From an uncultured Chroococcidiopsis sp. (lineage in GTDB: Bacteria; Cyanobacteriota; Cyanobacteriia; Cyanobacteriales; Chroococcidiopsidaceae): a DNA stretch of 64,000 nt. Under the pieces are notes generated by a model, which had not been told where the DNA came from, did not search any database, and saw only the letters and a program-made list of their open reading frames with translations. A program made the translations under genes and the position numbers. Positions 54,559 through 64,000 of the stretch are shown here, one piece after another. Positions within the stretch are counted from its first letter, which is position 1. The number at the start of each line of letters is the position of its first letter. The stretch lies in contig CAXTYC010000007.1 in assembly GCA_964248365.1 (NCBI GenBank), positions 98,212 to 162,211 of the forward strand, read 5' to 3'.

Positions 54559-55650
54559 ATGAGTAAGATTTTAGTTATTGAAGACGAGCTATCTGTTAGA
54601 GAGAATATTTTGGCACGTTTGGAGGCTGAAGGGTTTCAAACCCTTAATGCTGAAAATGGGATCAATGGCGTAGCATTGGCACTAGCAAATACACCGGATT
54701 TGATTATTTGTGATGTAATGATGCCAGAATTGGATGGTTATGGTGTGCTGACTACACTACGCCAAAATCCTTTGACATCAGCAATTCCATTTATTTTTCT
54801 GACAGCCAAAGCTGATAAAAATGATTTACGTCAAGGCATGGAACTGGGCGCAGATGATTACCTAACTAAGCCGTTCACTAGAACCGAATTGTTAGGAGCG
54901 ATCGGCGCTCGGTTACAAAAACAAGCAACTGTGGCTCAACAATCTGAAAAAAAGCTAGCAGAGTTACGCAAAAGTATCACTGATGCACTACCACAAGAAG
55001 TTCTGATTCCTTTGAGTGAAATCATGGGCTTTTCTCGGATACTTGTTGATAACTATAATTCAATCAAGCCCCAGGAAATCTTAGAAACGGCACATAATCT
55101 GCATAATTCTTCTCAACGCCTACAAAGGTTGATTGAGAATTTTATTATGTACGCTCAAATTGAGTTATTAGCAACAAATCCCGAAGAGCTTCAAGCTTTA
55201 CGTAGTTGTCAGACGATGAATCCTAGTGACATCATCTTCGCTATAGCTATTCAAAAAGCCAAGCAACATCATCGAGAGGCAGATTTAATTTTGCAAGTTG
55301 CTAACTCAACAGTACGGATCGCTAAACGGGATTTGAAAAAAGTTGTAGAAGAACTCATTGATAATGCTTTCAAATTTTCCAGTCCTGATACAACGGTTCA
55401 TGTCAAAGCGAGCGCTGACAAAGATGGTTTTAAGTTGAGTATTACTAACTATGGACGCACTATGTCGGCTGAACAAATTGCCAGTATCGGTGGATATATG
55501 CAATTTGATCGCAAATTTTACGCTCAGCAAGGGCTAGGTTTGGGTTTAGTTCTGGCTAAGCGCATTACCGAACTACACGGCGGAAAACTAAGCATAGACA
55601 GCAGTAGCGCTGATTCCAAGACTACTGTAAGTGTTATGCTCCTGCGATAG
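54559..55650 (+). CDS. REC-HisKA-like-HATPase hybrid response regulator
   Basis: KILVIED, ICDVMMP, KPF; ELIDNAFKFS, GLGLGL; H-box reads LPQE. Confidence 0.9.
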   Translation: MSKILVIEDELSVRENILARLEAEGFQTLNAENGINGVALALANTPDLIICDVMMPELDGYGVLTTLRQNPLTSAIPFIFLTAKADKNDLRQGMELGADDYLTKPFTRTELLGAIGARLQKQATVAQQSEKKLAELRKSITDALPQEVLIPLSEIMGFSRILVDNYNSIKPQEILETAHNLHNSSQRLQRLIENFIMYAQIELLATNPEELQALRSCQTMNPSDIIFAIAIQKAKQHHREADLILQVANSTVRIAKRDLKKVVEELIDNAFKFSSPDTTVHVKASADKDGFKLSITNYGRTMSAEQIASIGGYMQFDRKFYAQQGLGLGLVLAKRITELHGGKLSIDSSSADSKTTVSVMLLR

Positions 55651-55815
55651 GGGAAAGGGAAAAGGGGAAAGGGGAAAGGGAAAAGGTTAAAGGATGAAGG
55701 ATAAAGGTTAAAGGTTGAAACTTTATACTTTATACTTCATACTTCATACTTCATACTTCATACTTCATACTTCATACTTTTCTCGCCTCTAGCCCCTAGC
55801 CTCTCGCCTCTCGCC
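55650..55815. repeat. STRR-like heptamer cluster
   Basis: Runs of GGGGAAA, AAAGGTT, CATACTT and CCTCTAG between convergent genes. Confidence 0.85.
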
Positions 55816-55816
55816 C

Positions 55817-57163
55817 CTAAGTTGTATAATCAGCATTAATCTTCACGTAGTCATAGCTAAGGTCACATCCCCAAGCTTTACCAGAACCCGATCCGTTGCC
55901 AATGCACACTGAGATTAAGACTGTCTCGTCTTTAAAAGAATCATTAGTCGCGCTGCGCTCAAAGGAACTGGTTTCACCGTCCTTGACAACTAACAAATCG
56001 TTGCTCTGGTCGATACTGACTATATCTGTATCTGGTGGCTGAAGTAAAGAGCCTGCTTTTTGTTTTAGATAAGCGCTAGCAGCTGCTCGATCAAAGGGCT
56101 GGGGTTGACCATTTTCCATGAGTAAGAAATCTCCAAATTGAATTTTGAGATTTTCTTGCTCAAAGGGAACCCCAGCACGTCCAGCAGCAGCAGCGATCCT
56201 ACCCCAGTTGGGATCACGACCAAAGATAGCTGACTTGACTAGAGATGAACCAGCAATGGTTTTAGCAACCATCCGAGCGGCTTTTTCATCTGTCGCCCCA
56301 GAAACTTGTACTTCAATCAGGCAAGTAGCACCTTCACCGTCACGAGCGATCGCTTTCGCCAAATGCTGACAAACGGCTGTTAGCATCGCCTCCAATTTTT
56401 GGGCTTCTGCTCCTGTCTCGGTAATTGCTGGTGTGCGAGATTGACCATTAGCCAGGGCAATCAGAGAGTCATTAGTACTGGTATCACCATCTACAGTAAT
56501 AGAGTTAAAACTCTGATCTGCTGCCCGACTTAACATTTGCTGCCACAGAGAAGGCGAGACAGCAGCATCGCAGGTAACAAAAGCCAGCATTGTCGCCATG
56601 TTGGGATGAATCATCCCAGAACCTTTAGCAATGCCACCGATGCGGACTGGGCGATCGCCAATGGTTGTTTCTAAAGCAATCGATTTCGTGACTAAATCCG
56701 TTGTAATGATCGCTTGTGCTGCCGCATCAGAACCTGTTGGAGACGCAGCTGCTACCACTTGAGGAATTCCATCACGCATTGCTTCCATCCGAATGCGTTG
56801 ACCAATTACCCCAGTCGAAGCTAATAAAACTGATTCTGATGGAATATTTAGTGATTGCCCCAACAGCATCGCACACTCTAGAGCATCAAGCCAGCCTTGA
56901 GAACCAGTAGCGGCATTGGCTTGCCCAGCATTGCAGAGAATTGCCCTGGCATTCGACTTAGCTTGCAGTCTTTGACGGCAGTAGTCTACACAAGCGGCTC
57001 GCACTTGCGAAGTTGTGAATACACCAGCTGCGATCGCCTCTACATCTGATAAAATTAATGCCAAATCTGGCAACCCCGAAGGTTTTAGCCCTGCTTTAAT
57101 TCCTGCTGCTCGATATCCTCTAGGAGCAGTGATACCACCACTTATTTGCTGCCACTGTACCAT
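55817..57163 (-). CDS. argJ: ornithine acetyltransferase/N-acetylglutamate synthase
   Basis: NAGQANAATG, STGVIG, KGSGMIHPNMATML, DGDTSTND, DGEGAT, DPNWGR, INADYTT. Confidence 0.97.
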   Translation of the reverse strand: MVQWQQISGGITAPRGYRAAGIKAGLKPSGLPDLALILSDVEAIAAGVFTTSQVRAACVDYCRQRLQAKSNARAILCNAGQANAATGSQGWLDALECAMLLGQSLNIPSESVLLASTGVIGQRIRMEAMRDGIPQVVAAASPTGSDAAAQAIITTDLVTKSIALETTIGDRPVRIGGIAKGSGMIHPNMATMLAFVTCDAAVSPSLWQQMLSRAADQSFNSITVDGDTSTNDSLIALANGQSRTPAITETGAEAQKLEAMLTAVCQHLAKAIARDGEGATCLIEVQVSGATDEKAARMVAKTIAGSSLVKSAIFGRDPNWGRIAAAAGRAGVPFEQENLKIQFGDFLLMENGQPQPFDRAAASAYLKQKAGSLLQPPDTDIVSIDQSNDLLVVKDGETSSFERSATNDSFKDETVLISVCIGNGSGSGKAWGCDLSYDYVKINADYTT

Positions 57164-57431
57164 TATGCCTGCCTACCAACCTTTAGTTTGCGATTATATC
57201 AATTTAGGTGTTAGGTGTTAGATGTTAGCTGGCGCGCTGTTAGCTGTTAGCGGTAGTTGGTAGCTAAGGGTTTATACGAGTTATCTGGAGCCTCACAAGT
57301 ATTTCTGATAAACCCTTAGTACCTCTGTTGGTAGTTGGTATCAGCGCGCCCGCGTTCTCGCAACCGCGCTTGGGTAACTGGTAACTGGTCAAGAGTAACT
57401 GGTCAAGAGTAACTGGTAACTGGTAACGGCT

Positions 57432-57463
57432 AAAAAAAAAGAGAGTCATTTTTGGTGACTCTC
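57432..57463 (-). terminator. intrinsic terminator
   Basis: 8-bp stem GAGAGTCA/TGACTCTC, 7-nt loop, T9 on the minus strand. Confidence 0.8.
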
Positions 57464-57486
57464 CCAATCATCAGGGTGCATCTACT
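57432..57486 (-). ncRNA. candidate ~55-nt small RNA
   Basis: TATACT -10 at 57498-57493, A start 7 nt downstream, ends in a hairpin plus U9. Confidence 0.55.
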
Positions 57487-57603
57487 GAGCAGAGTATAAC
57501 AGTTGATACATGAAGGATTTTAGTGGTTTTGGTGACTATTTCTTAAAGATCCTGTAAAGAAAGGATCTGTTACTTTGTCAAGAAACCACAACTAAGTCCT
57601 AAA

Positions 57604-59088
57604 TTAACCGTTTAGCTTCTGAGCTAGTAGTTGATTCGTCAACTTCGGATCTGCTCGTCCCCCAGTTTGCTTAATTACTTGTCCCACAAAGAAGCCTAGT
57701 AGCTTGGTTTTACCGTTGCGATACTGTTCTAGCTCTTTGGGATTTGCCTGGATGACTTGCTCAATAATTGCTTCTATTGCACCCGTGTCAGAGATTTGAA
57801 TCAATCCCTTGCGCTCAACTAATTCCTTAGCAGAACCACCCTCAGTCAGTAGTTCTGGCAGAATATCCTTAGCAATCTTGCCGCTAATAGTACCGTCTTC
57901 AATCAGAGCAATTAGTTCAGCCAAAGTAGACGGTTTAAGGGCAATTTCCTCTATACTCAGTTTCTTGTTGTTGAGGTAAGCTGCGATATCGCCCATAATC
58001 CAGTTAACAGCTTGTTTGGGACTAGCCCCATTAGCCAAGACAGCTTCAAAATACTCTGCATTCTGGCGTTCATCTGTCAACACACGAGCATCGTAAGCTG
58101 AAAGCCCAAACTCATTTTCATAGCGATGCCGTTTTTGTGCTGGGAGTTCTGGTAACTGTGATTTCCACTGTTCTAGCTGCTGGGCTGATACTTCAATCGG
58201 AGCTAAGTCAGGTTCGGGAAAGTAGCGATAGTCACTAGAGCCTTCCTTACTCCGCATACTAATCGTGCGTTGACTACCCTCTTCCCACAGCCTAGTTTCT
58301 TGTATAATCCGCTCACCAGATTCTATAGCTGCGATTTGCCGCTCAATTTCGTATTCAATCGCTCTTTGAATCGCATTGAACGAGTTCATGTTTTTAATTT
58401 CTACCTTAGTGCCAAACTCTTGCTGTCCGATTGGACGCACAGAAATATTGACATCGCAGCGCAACGAACCCTCTTGCATATTGCCGTCACTCACACCCAG
58501 GTAACGTAAAATTCGGCGCAATTCCTGAGCATATTCAGCGGCTTCTTGTCCTGAACGCATATCCGGTTCTGAGACAATTTCCACCAATGGCACACCAGCA
58601 CGATTGTAATCTACTAGTGAGTAGGTAGAACCAGATAGGCGATCGCTCCCAGCGTGAACTAACTTACCTGCATCTTCTTCCATATGCAGGCGAGTAATAC
58701 CAATCCGCTTGGGAGTTGGGTTCCCATCCGCATCAACAACCTCAATCTCTAGCCAACCATGCTCAGCGATGGGCAAGTCATATTGCGAAATTTGATAATT
58801 CTTCGGCAGATCCGGATAAAAATACTGCTTGCGGTCAAATTTGCTATATTTCGCAATTTGGCAATTTAGCGCCAAACCAGCCTTAACAGCATATTCTAGT
58901 ACCTTCTCATTCAGTACTGGTAGCACCCCAGGTAAACCCATACAAATTGGATCGATATTTGTATTCGGGGTAGCACCAAATGAGGTAGAACTACTAGAGA
59001 AAATCTTGGTTTGAGTACTTAGCTGACAGTGAGTTTCCAACCCAATCACAGCTTCGTACTTAGTTTTAACAGGTGCAGCACTAGTCAT
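57604..59088 (-). CDS. gatB: Asp/Glu-tRNA amidotransferase subunit B
   Basis: [45 protein letters not shown]. Confidence 0.98.
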   Translation of the reverse strand: MTSAAPVKTKYEAVIGLETHCQLSTQTKIFSSSSTSFGATPNTNIDPICMGLPGVLPVLNEKVLEYAVKAGLALNCQIAKYSKFDRKQYFYPDLPKNYQISQYDLPIAEHGWLEIEVVDADGNPTPKRIGITRLHMEEDAGKLVHAGSDRLSGSTYSLVDYNRAGVPLVEIVSEPDMRSGQEAAEYAQELRRILRYLGVSDGNMQEGSLRCDVNISVRPIGQQEFGTKVEIKNMNSFNAIQRAIEYEIERQIAAIESGERIIQETRLWEEGSQRTISMRSKEGSSDYRYFPEPDLAPIEVSAQQLEQWKSQLPELPAQKRHRYENEFGLSAYDARVLTDERQNAEYFEAVLANGASPKQAVNWIMGDIAAYLNNKKLSIEEIALKPSTLAELIALIEDGTISGKIAKDILPELLTEGGSAKELVERKGLIQISDTGAIEAIIEQVIQANPKELEQYRNGKTKLLGFFVGQVIKQTGGRADPKLTNQLLAQKLNG

Positions 59089-59173
59089 ATATTTATTCTA
59101 TCAATTGCCGCTCTTACTACAATTGGCTCCTATTTTGACACTTCCTTCGCGTTCTTAGCGCCTTTGCGGTTCG

Positions 59174-59806
59174 TTATTTCTCCACCTGAACTACTTGCAA
59201 ACTACCCCCAGCATAAAAAGCTCTATTTTGCAACTTAAACCCTGTTTCCTCCAACAACCCAACCAAATCAGTTTTCAATAACTGCCATGCAGTTTGAGTT
59301 TCAAACAAGAAAAAGAAAAGATATATACCAGGTAAAAATAACCAGTTAGAAGGAGCGTGAAAATCCACCAAGGTAAATATTCCACCTGGTTTTAGCACTC
59401 GGTAAACTTCTTTTATTATTTGCCGCAGTTGAAGCGGTTCCATTTCGTGCAACGCTGCGCTAGTATGCACCAAATCAAAAGAATTGTCTGGAAACGGCAT
59501 TTGTTCGGCAAAAGCTTCTACATATTTAGCTTGTGGTACATTTTGCAGCGCCCGTTTTAAAGACAAAGGCGAAGCATCGAGTCCTGTCACATCTTGGGAA
59601 TATTTTACTAATACCCCAGTTGCCTGACCGCTACCACAACATAGATCTAGTGCCTTAGTTTCTGGGTGAATTGTTAAGCCTTGTAAAGCAAGAGTACGGA
59701 ATCTTCCCTCTCCCCCTACACTCAAAGCAGCTAGATTCGCTATCGCATCGTACAGCAGGGGGTATCGATAGCTCCATTCGCGCAAAATCGTAGCCATAAT
59801 TAACAC
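59174..59806 (-). CDS. class I SAM-dependent methyltransferase
   Basis: LDLCCGSG, GLDAS, PFPDNSFD, RVLKPGG. Confidence 0.92.
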   Translation of the reverse strand: MLIMATILREWSYRYPLLYDAIANLAALSVGGEGRFRTLALQGLTIHPETKALDLCCGSGQATGVLVKYSQDVTGLDASPLSLKRALQNVPQAKYVEAFAEQMPFPDNSFDLVHTSAALHEMEPLQLRQIIKEVYRVLKPGGIFTLVDFHAPSNWLFLPGIYLFFFLFETQTAWQLLKTDLVGLLEETGFKLQNRAFYAGGSLQVVQVEK

Positions 59807-59896
59807 TTTTTGTTATCTGATACATTTGCTCATTTAATAAAAATATATTGTTAAACTTAGTAACGAAGCTGAAAAGATTGGGGCGGTGTAATTGCT

Positions 59897-61060
59897 ATGG
59901 GTCGAGTGGGAGTATTATTACTTAATTTGGGTGGACCGGATAAATTAGAAGACGTTGGACCGTTTCTGTTTAATTTGTTTGCTGACCCAGAAATTATTCG
60001 GATACCTTTTCCGGCGTTGCAAAGACCCCTAGCTTGGTTAATATCCTCTCGGCGAACTAAAACATCTCAAGAAAACTATCGCCAGATTGGGGGCGGTTCT
60101 CCCCTGCGGCAAATTACAGAAGCGCAAGCCCAAGCCCTGTCAGAACAGTTAGCAGCCAAAGGACAACCAGCTTCTGTTTATATAGGGATGCGGTACTGGC
60201 ATCCGTTTACCGAAGAAGCGATCGCCAGAATCAAACGCGATCAAATCGACCGTCTGGTAATTCTACCCCTTTATCCTCAATTTTCCATCAGTACCAGTGG
60301 TTCGAGTTTTCGGTTACTGCAAAAAATTTGGCTGGAAGACCCAAAACTTAAAAACATCGAATACACCGTCATTCCCTCCTGGTACAAACAGCCAGGATAT
60401 CTGCAAGCAATGGCGCAGCTAATTGCCTCTGAACTGGATACATTTGAAAATCCTGACTCGGTACATATCTTCTTTAGCGCTCATGGTGTACCCCGCAGCT
60501 ATGTAGAAGAAGCAGGAGATCCCTACCAGCAAGAAATTGAGGAATGCACAGCTTTAATCATGCAAACCCTCAACCGACCAAATGCTCATACTCTAGCTTA
60601 TCAAAGCCGAGTAGGTCCAGTAGAATGGCTTCAACCCTATACGGAAGATGCGATCAAACAGTTAGGTGCAAAAGGAGTTAAAGATCTAGTAGTTGTACCG
60701 ATCAGCTTTGTTTCAGAACATATTGAGACAATGCAAGAAATAGACATTGAGTATCGAGAAGTAGCAGAAAAAGCGGGTATACACAGCTTTAGGCGCGTAC
60801 CGGCTTTGAATACCAATCCCGTATTTATTGAGGGCATGGCTGATTTAGTTTTAGAGGCTTTGAAATCACCCAGCCTCAAACTAGTTCAAGTTACACAGAT
60901 GAAGAAAAAAGTCAAGATGTATCCCCAAGAGCGTTGGCAGTGGGGTTTGACTACAACAGCTGAAATCTGGAATGGTCGGATCGCTATGGTTGGCTTTATT
61001 GCCTTGATAATTGAGCTAATTACTGGGCGCGGACTGCTGCATATGGTGGGAATTTTATAA
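59897..61060 (+). CDS. hemH: ferrochelatase with C-terminal CAB domain
   Basis: [53 protein letters not shown] motif. Confidence 0.98.
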   Translation: MGRVGVLLLNLGGPDKLEDVGPFLFNLFADPEIIRIPFPALQRPLAWLISSRRTKTSQENYRQIGGGSPLRQITEAQAQALSEQLAAKGQPASVYIGMRYWHPFTEEAIARIKRDQIDRLVILPLYPQFSISTSGSSFRLLQKIWLEDPKLKNIEYTVIPSWYKQPGYLQAMAQLIASELDTFENPDSVHIFFSAHGVPRSYVEEAGDPYQQEIEECTALIMQTLNRPNAHTLAYQSRVGPVEWLQPYTEDAIKQLGAKGVKDLVVVPISFVSEHIETMQEIDIEYREVAEKAGIHSFRRVPALNTNPVFIEGMADLVLEALKSPSLKLVQVTQMKKKVKMYPQERWQWGLTTTAEIWNGRIAMVGFIALIIELITGRGLLHMVGIL

Positions 61061-61168
61061 GGGGCTAGGGGCTAGGGGCTAGAGGCTAGGGGAAGGGATG
61101 AAGAATGTTCGCGTAGCGAACACACTTCTCTAACTTCAGACTTCGCGCCTTCACACTTCAGACTTTAC

Positions 61169-61720
61169 TCACTTTCTTGATTGGTGTTGTTTGCGATACC
61201 AGCGATGTAAATTCCTAGCACTGTAAACTGCTAAACTCAGGAGCATTAAAGCAATTATTCCTCCTAAGTGTGGGGCTTTAACAGCTAAAAACACCAGCAA
61301 AACGCATAAACCATCTTGAATAAAAGGCAGCCAAAGTGGTAAGCCTTGCCAGCGATAGAACCAGCCAGCTTGGATAAGTTGTAGTAGCAAAGCAAACAAA
61401 CCGCCAATTAACCCAATTAACAGCTTTGGCACTGCTGTAACTTTAGCAGCTGCGATCGCCATGATTGCTCCCACAATTGGGCTGCTTAGCAAATAAACCA
61501 ATTGTAGCACCCGCTGACCGAGTAGCTGTTTGGAAGCGAATAGCTCAATTAAAGACCAGCTGGTGAGAACACCTAGCACGACTGGGGTGTAAATGCTAGA
61601 CAAGATAGGAACACCCCTCCAGAGGCTTTCTCCCTGCAACAAGCCAATCACAAGTAAAGGCAGGGCAATTCTAATTCCTACCGCCGCCGCCGCTGAAAGT
61701 GCGGCTAAAATTTCCATCAT
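61169..61720 (-). CDS. DUF4126-like membrane protein
   Basis: LSAAAAVGIRIALPLL, ELFASK, multiple TM segments. Confidence 0.72.
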   Translation of the reverse strand: MMEILAALSAAAAVGIRIALPLLVIGLLQGESLWRGVPILSSIYTPVVLGVLTSWSLIELFASKQLLGQRVLQLVYLLSSPIVGAIMAIAAAKVTAVPKLLIGLIGGLFALLLQLIQAGWFYRWQGLPLWLPFIQDGLCVLLVFLAVKAPHLGGIIALMLLSLAVYSARNLHRWYRKQHQSRK

Positions 61721-61846
61721 GCCAACATCATAATTCGCAATTGTGAATTCACGATTGCGAATTCACAATTACCTCTACTCACCACTCTAAGCTCGCCACT
61801 CACCACTATCATTCCCTAGCCCCTAGCCTCTACTCTCTAGCCCCTT

Positions 61847-63142
61847 CTAAATGCCCAACCGTTGATAAACCTGATCTAGATGTTTCAGATGCTGCTGGGG
61901 ATCAAAGCAAGTCTCAATTTCTTCAGGAGATAGCAACTCGGTGATTCGGGGATCTTTGGTAACTCCTGCGTAAAAATTGCCTTCTGGTTGGTTCCAAGCT
62001 TGATGAGCGCAAGACTGCACAATTGCATAAGCTTCCTCGCGGCTCATCCCTTTTGCCACCAAAGCTAGCAACACTCGCTGGCTAAAGACAACACCCCCGT
62101 AGCAATTCATATTTCGCTCCATGTTCTGGGGATACACCAGCAGGTTTTTCATTAGGTCGGTCATTTCTACGAGCATAAAATGAGTCAAAATGCAAGCATC
62201 TGGTAACATCACTCGCTCAACCGAGCTGTGGGAGATATCCCGCTCATGCCAAAGGGCAACGTTTTCTAGAGCAGCAATAGCTTGGGAGCGCAGCATCCGT
62301 GCCATTCCTGTTAGACGTTCGGAGCGAATGGGGTTACGTTTATGAGGCATGGCGGAGGAGCCTTTTTGCCCTTTTGAGAAGAATTCCTCTACTTCCAACA
62401 CATCTGTGCGTTGGAGGTTGCGAATTTCTACTGCAAACCGTTCAATTGAGGCTCCTAGTAGAGCTAATTGTTGCACATAGTCAGCGTGGCGATCGCGTGA
62501 AATTACTTGTGTTGAAGCTGTATCTGGAACAAGTCCGAGTTTTTGGCAGGCGATCGCTTCTACTCGTGGTTCAATATTGGCATAGGTTCCCACTGCACCG
62601 GAAATTTTGCCCACAGCAATATCTCCACGCAGACGAGCAAGACGTTCCTGGTGGCGTAACACTTCTGCTAACCAACCAGCTAGCTTGAAACCGAATGTGA
62701 TTGGTTCGGCATGAATACCGTGCGATCGTCCAATCATAAATGTATTACGATGCTGTTGTGCCTGAGAACGAATTGCAGCGATTAAATCCTCTAGCCGAGT
62801 CAAAATTATATCCAGGCTAGCAACCAGTTGAAGTGCCAAAGCCGTATCCAGCACATCCGAACTAGTTAAACCCAGGTGGATATAGCGTCCTGCTTCACCT
62901 ACATACTCATTCACATTGGTGAGAAAAGCAATCATATCGTGGCGGACTTCAGCTTCAATTTCCAGCACCCGCTTAGGATCAAAATTTGCCTTAGCCTTAA
63001 TTTCCTCCACCGCCTCGCCTGGAATGTATCCCAATTGTGCCTGAGCCTCACAGACTGCGATTTCTACCTGAAGCCAAGTCTTAAGTTTATAATTTTCTGT
63101 CCAAAGTTCGCCCATTTCGGGCAAGGTATAACGCTCAATCAC
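61847..63142 (-). CDS. purB: adenylosuccinate lyase
   Basis: IERYT, HLGLTSSD, GRSHGIHAEP, GSSAMPHKRNP; likely GTG start at 63142. Confidence 0.98.
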   Translation of the reverse strand: MIERYTLPEMGELWTENYKLKTWLQVEIAVCEAQAQLGYIPGEAVEEIKAKANFDPKRVLEIEAEVRHDMIAFLTNVNEYVGEAGRYIHLGLTSSDVLDTALALQLVASLDIILTRLEDLIAAIRSQAQQHRNTFMIGRSHGIHAEPITFGFKLAGWLAEVLRHQERLARLRGDIAVGKISGAVGTYANIEPRVEAIACQKLGLVPDTASTQVISRDRHADYVQQLALLGASIERFAVEIRNLQRTDVLEVEEFFSKGQKGSSAMPHKRNPIRSERLTGMARMLRSQAIAALENVALWHERDISHSSVERVMLPDACILTHFMLVEMTDLMKNLLVYPQNMERNMNCYGGVVFSQRVLLALVAKGMSREEAYAIVQSCAHQAWNQPEGNFYAGVTKDPRITELLSPEEIETCFDPQQHLKHLDQVYQRLGI

Positions 63143-63208
63143 TCGTCCGCCACAGAATGCAACTGTCATATTTTACCTGTCTGTGATGAGCGATCGCTCC
63201 TCTTGCAT

Positions 63209-63245
63209 ATGTGACACATCGTCCGTAGATTGATAGTCCATAGAC
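63209..63245 (+). promoter_or_regulatory. C-box-like operator
   Basis: ATGT GACACATCGTC CGTA GATTGATAGTC CATA GAC: GAC/GAT..GTC boxes with 15-bp period directly upstream of an XRE gene. Confidence 0.55.
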
Positions 63246-63260
63246 ATTCACAATCGGCGC

Positions 63261-63509
63261 ATGAATGAATCGAGAAAGAAGATTCTGCTTGCCTTGGGTC
63301 TACTTGTGAAGCAGCAGCGAACAGCGCTTGGAATCTCGCAAGAAGAACTCGGATTTCGTGCCAACTTAGACCGCACTTATATATCTGGAGTAGAGCGGGG
63401 AGTACGAAATCCTTCCATTACAGCGCTTGTAAATCTTGCTAGTGGCTTAGGTATTACGGTTGCCAATCTGCTCGAAAAACTAGAAATAGAAGCCGACAAT
63501 ATCAAGTGA
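63261..63509 (+). CDS. XRE-family HTH protein, restriction-modification controller (C protein)-like
   Basis: LGISQEELG..LDRTYISGVERGVRNPS; 82 aa; overlaps next gene (GTGA). Confidence 0.88.
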   Translation: MNESRKKILLALGLLVKQQRTALGISQEELGFRANLDRTYISGVERGVRNPSITALVNLASGLGITVANLLEKLEIEADNIK

Positions 63510-63968
63510 GTAACAAAAATTTAGTAGAGACAATTAAAGCTCAAATCAAAAAAGATTCAACCCAATACAAACGTTTTTAATCTTCTATCAGACCAACAAT
63601 GGCATTGTCGGGATTGTGAGGGAAAACAAATAGGTTCAGGTCAGTATGCTGGTGGAGGGGGAATTCAGGGCTTACAACGTGGTACAAGAAGTTGCCCTAG
63701 TTTAGTGATTGAAACGGAGCCTAAGTATTGCAACAATTGTCAGCGAATAACAAGACAAGATTGTTGGATAGGAGAGATCAAATCAGCAAATTCTGCTGCT
63801 AACATACCAGATGCTTTAGTAGAAAGAATTTTAAAAGTTTATTCTTATACAGATGTGATTGAACAAAGGCAAAGGTCAGCCCACGAGTTAGTAATTGATC
63901 ATCGGTTTCCAATGGAACTGTGGGGAGAAAGTGAGCCACCACACCTACAGCGGATTGAAGGTTTATGA
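63506..63968 (+). pseudogene. putative Zn/HNH-type restriction endonuclease, frameshifted and truncated
   Basis: GTG start, frameshift near 63571, then WHCRDCE..AGGGGIQGLQRG..CNNC..LVIDHRFP; ends prematurely. Confidence 0.6.
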
Positions 63969-64000
63969 GGTACAGTAACAACAGTTTGTAAACCAGTTTT

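Noticed and set aside
1366..63981. Numerous short antisense or alternate-frame ORFs inside long genes
   Set aside because: Shadows of well-supported CDSs with no independent motifs

Overview
Cyanobacterial chromosomal DNA: the HIP1 octamer GCGATCGC is frequent, intergenic spacers carry short tandem repeats (STRR-like) and REP-like palindromes, and ferrochelatase has a CAB tail. Most of the window is core genome: purU, pilMNOQ, folC, hrcA, cysE, kptA, SUI1, murJ, argJ, gatB, hemH, purB and two paralogous kinase/response-regulator modules. The notable parts are: (1) a ~10 kb operon of secreted DUF11/Ig-like proteins plus a 1450-aa putative outer-membrane protein and a decayed fifth gene (22.4-32.1 kb), which looks like an uncharacterised surface-fibre or secretion system; (2) a group II intron (39009-41415) splitting the RNase D gene, with a degenerate RT and a MITE-disrupted HNH tail; (3) a mobile-DNA graveyard at 44.8-48.9 kb with a ~1 kb array of nested inverted repeats plus IS701, IS5, IS605 and IS1 remnants; (4) a candidate ~55-nt sRNA between gatB and argJ; (5) a controller-protein/restriction-endonuclease remnant at the right edge. 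No tRNA, rRNA or CRISPR array was seen. All family assignments come from motif recognition by eye; no database searches were run.
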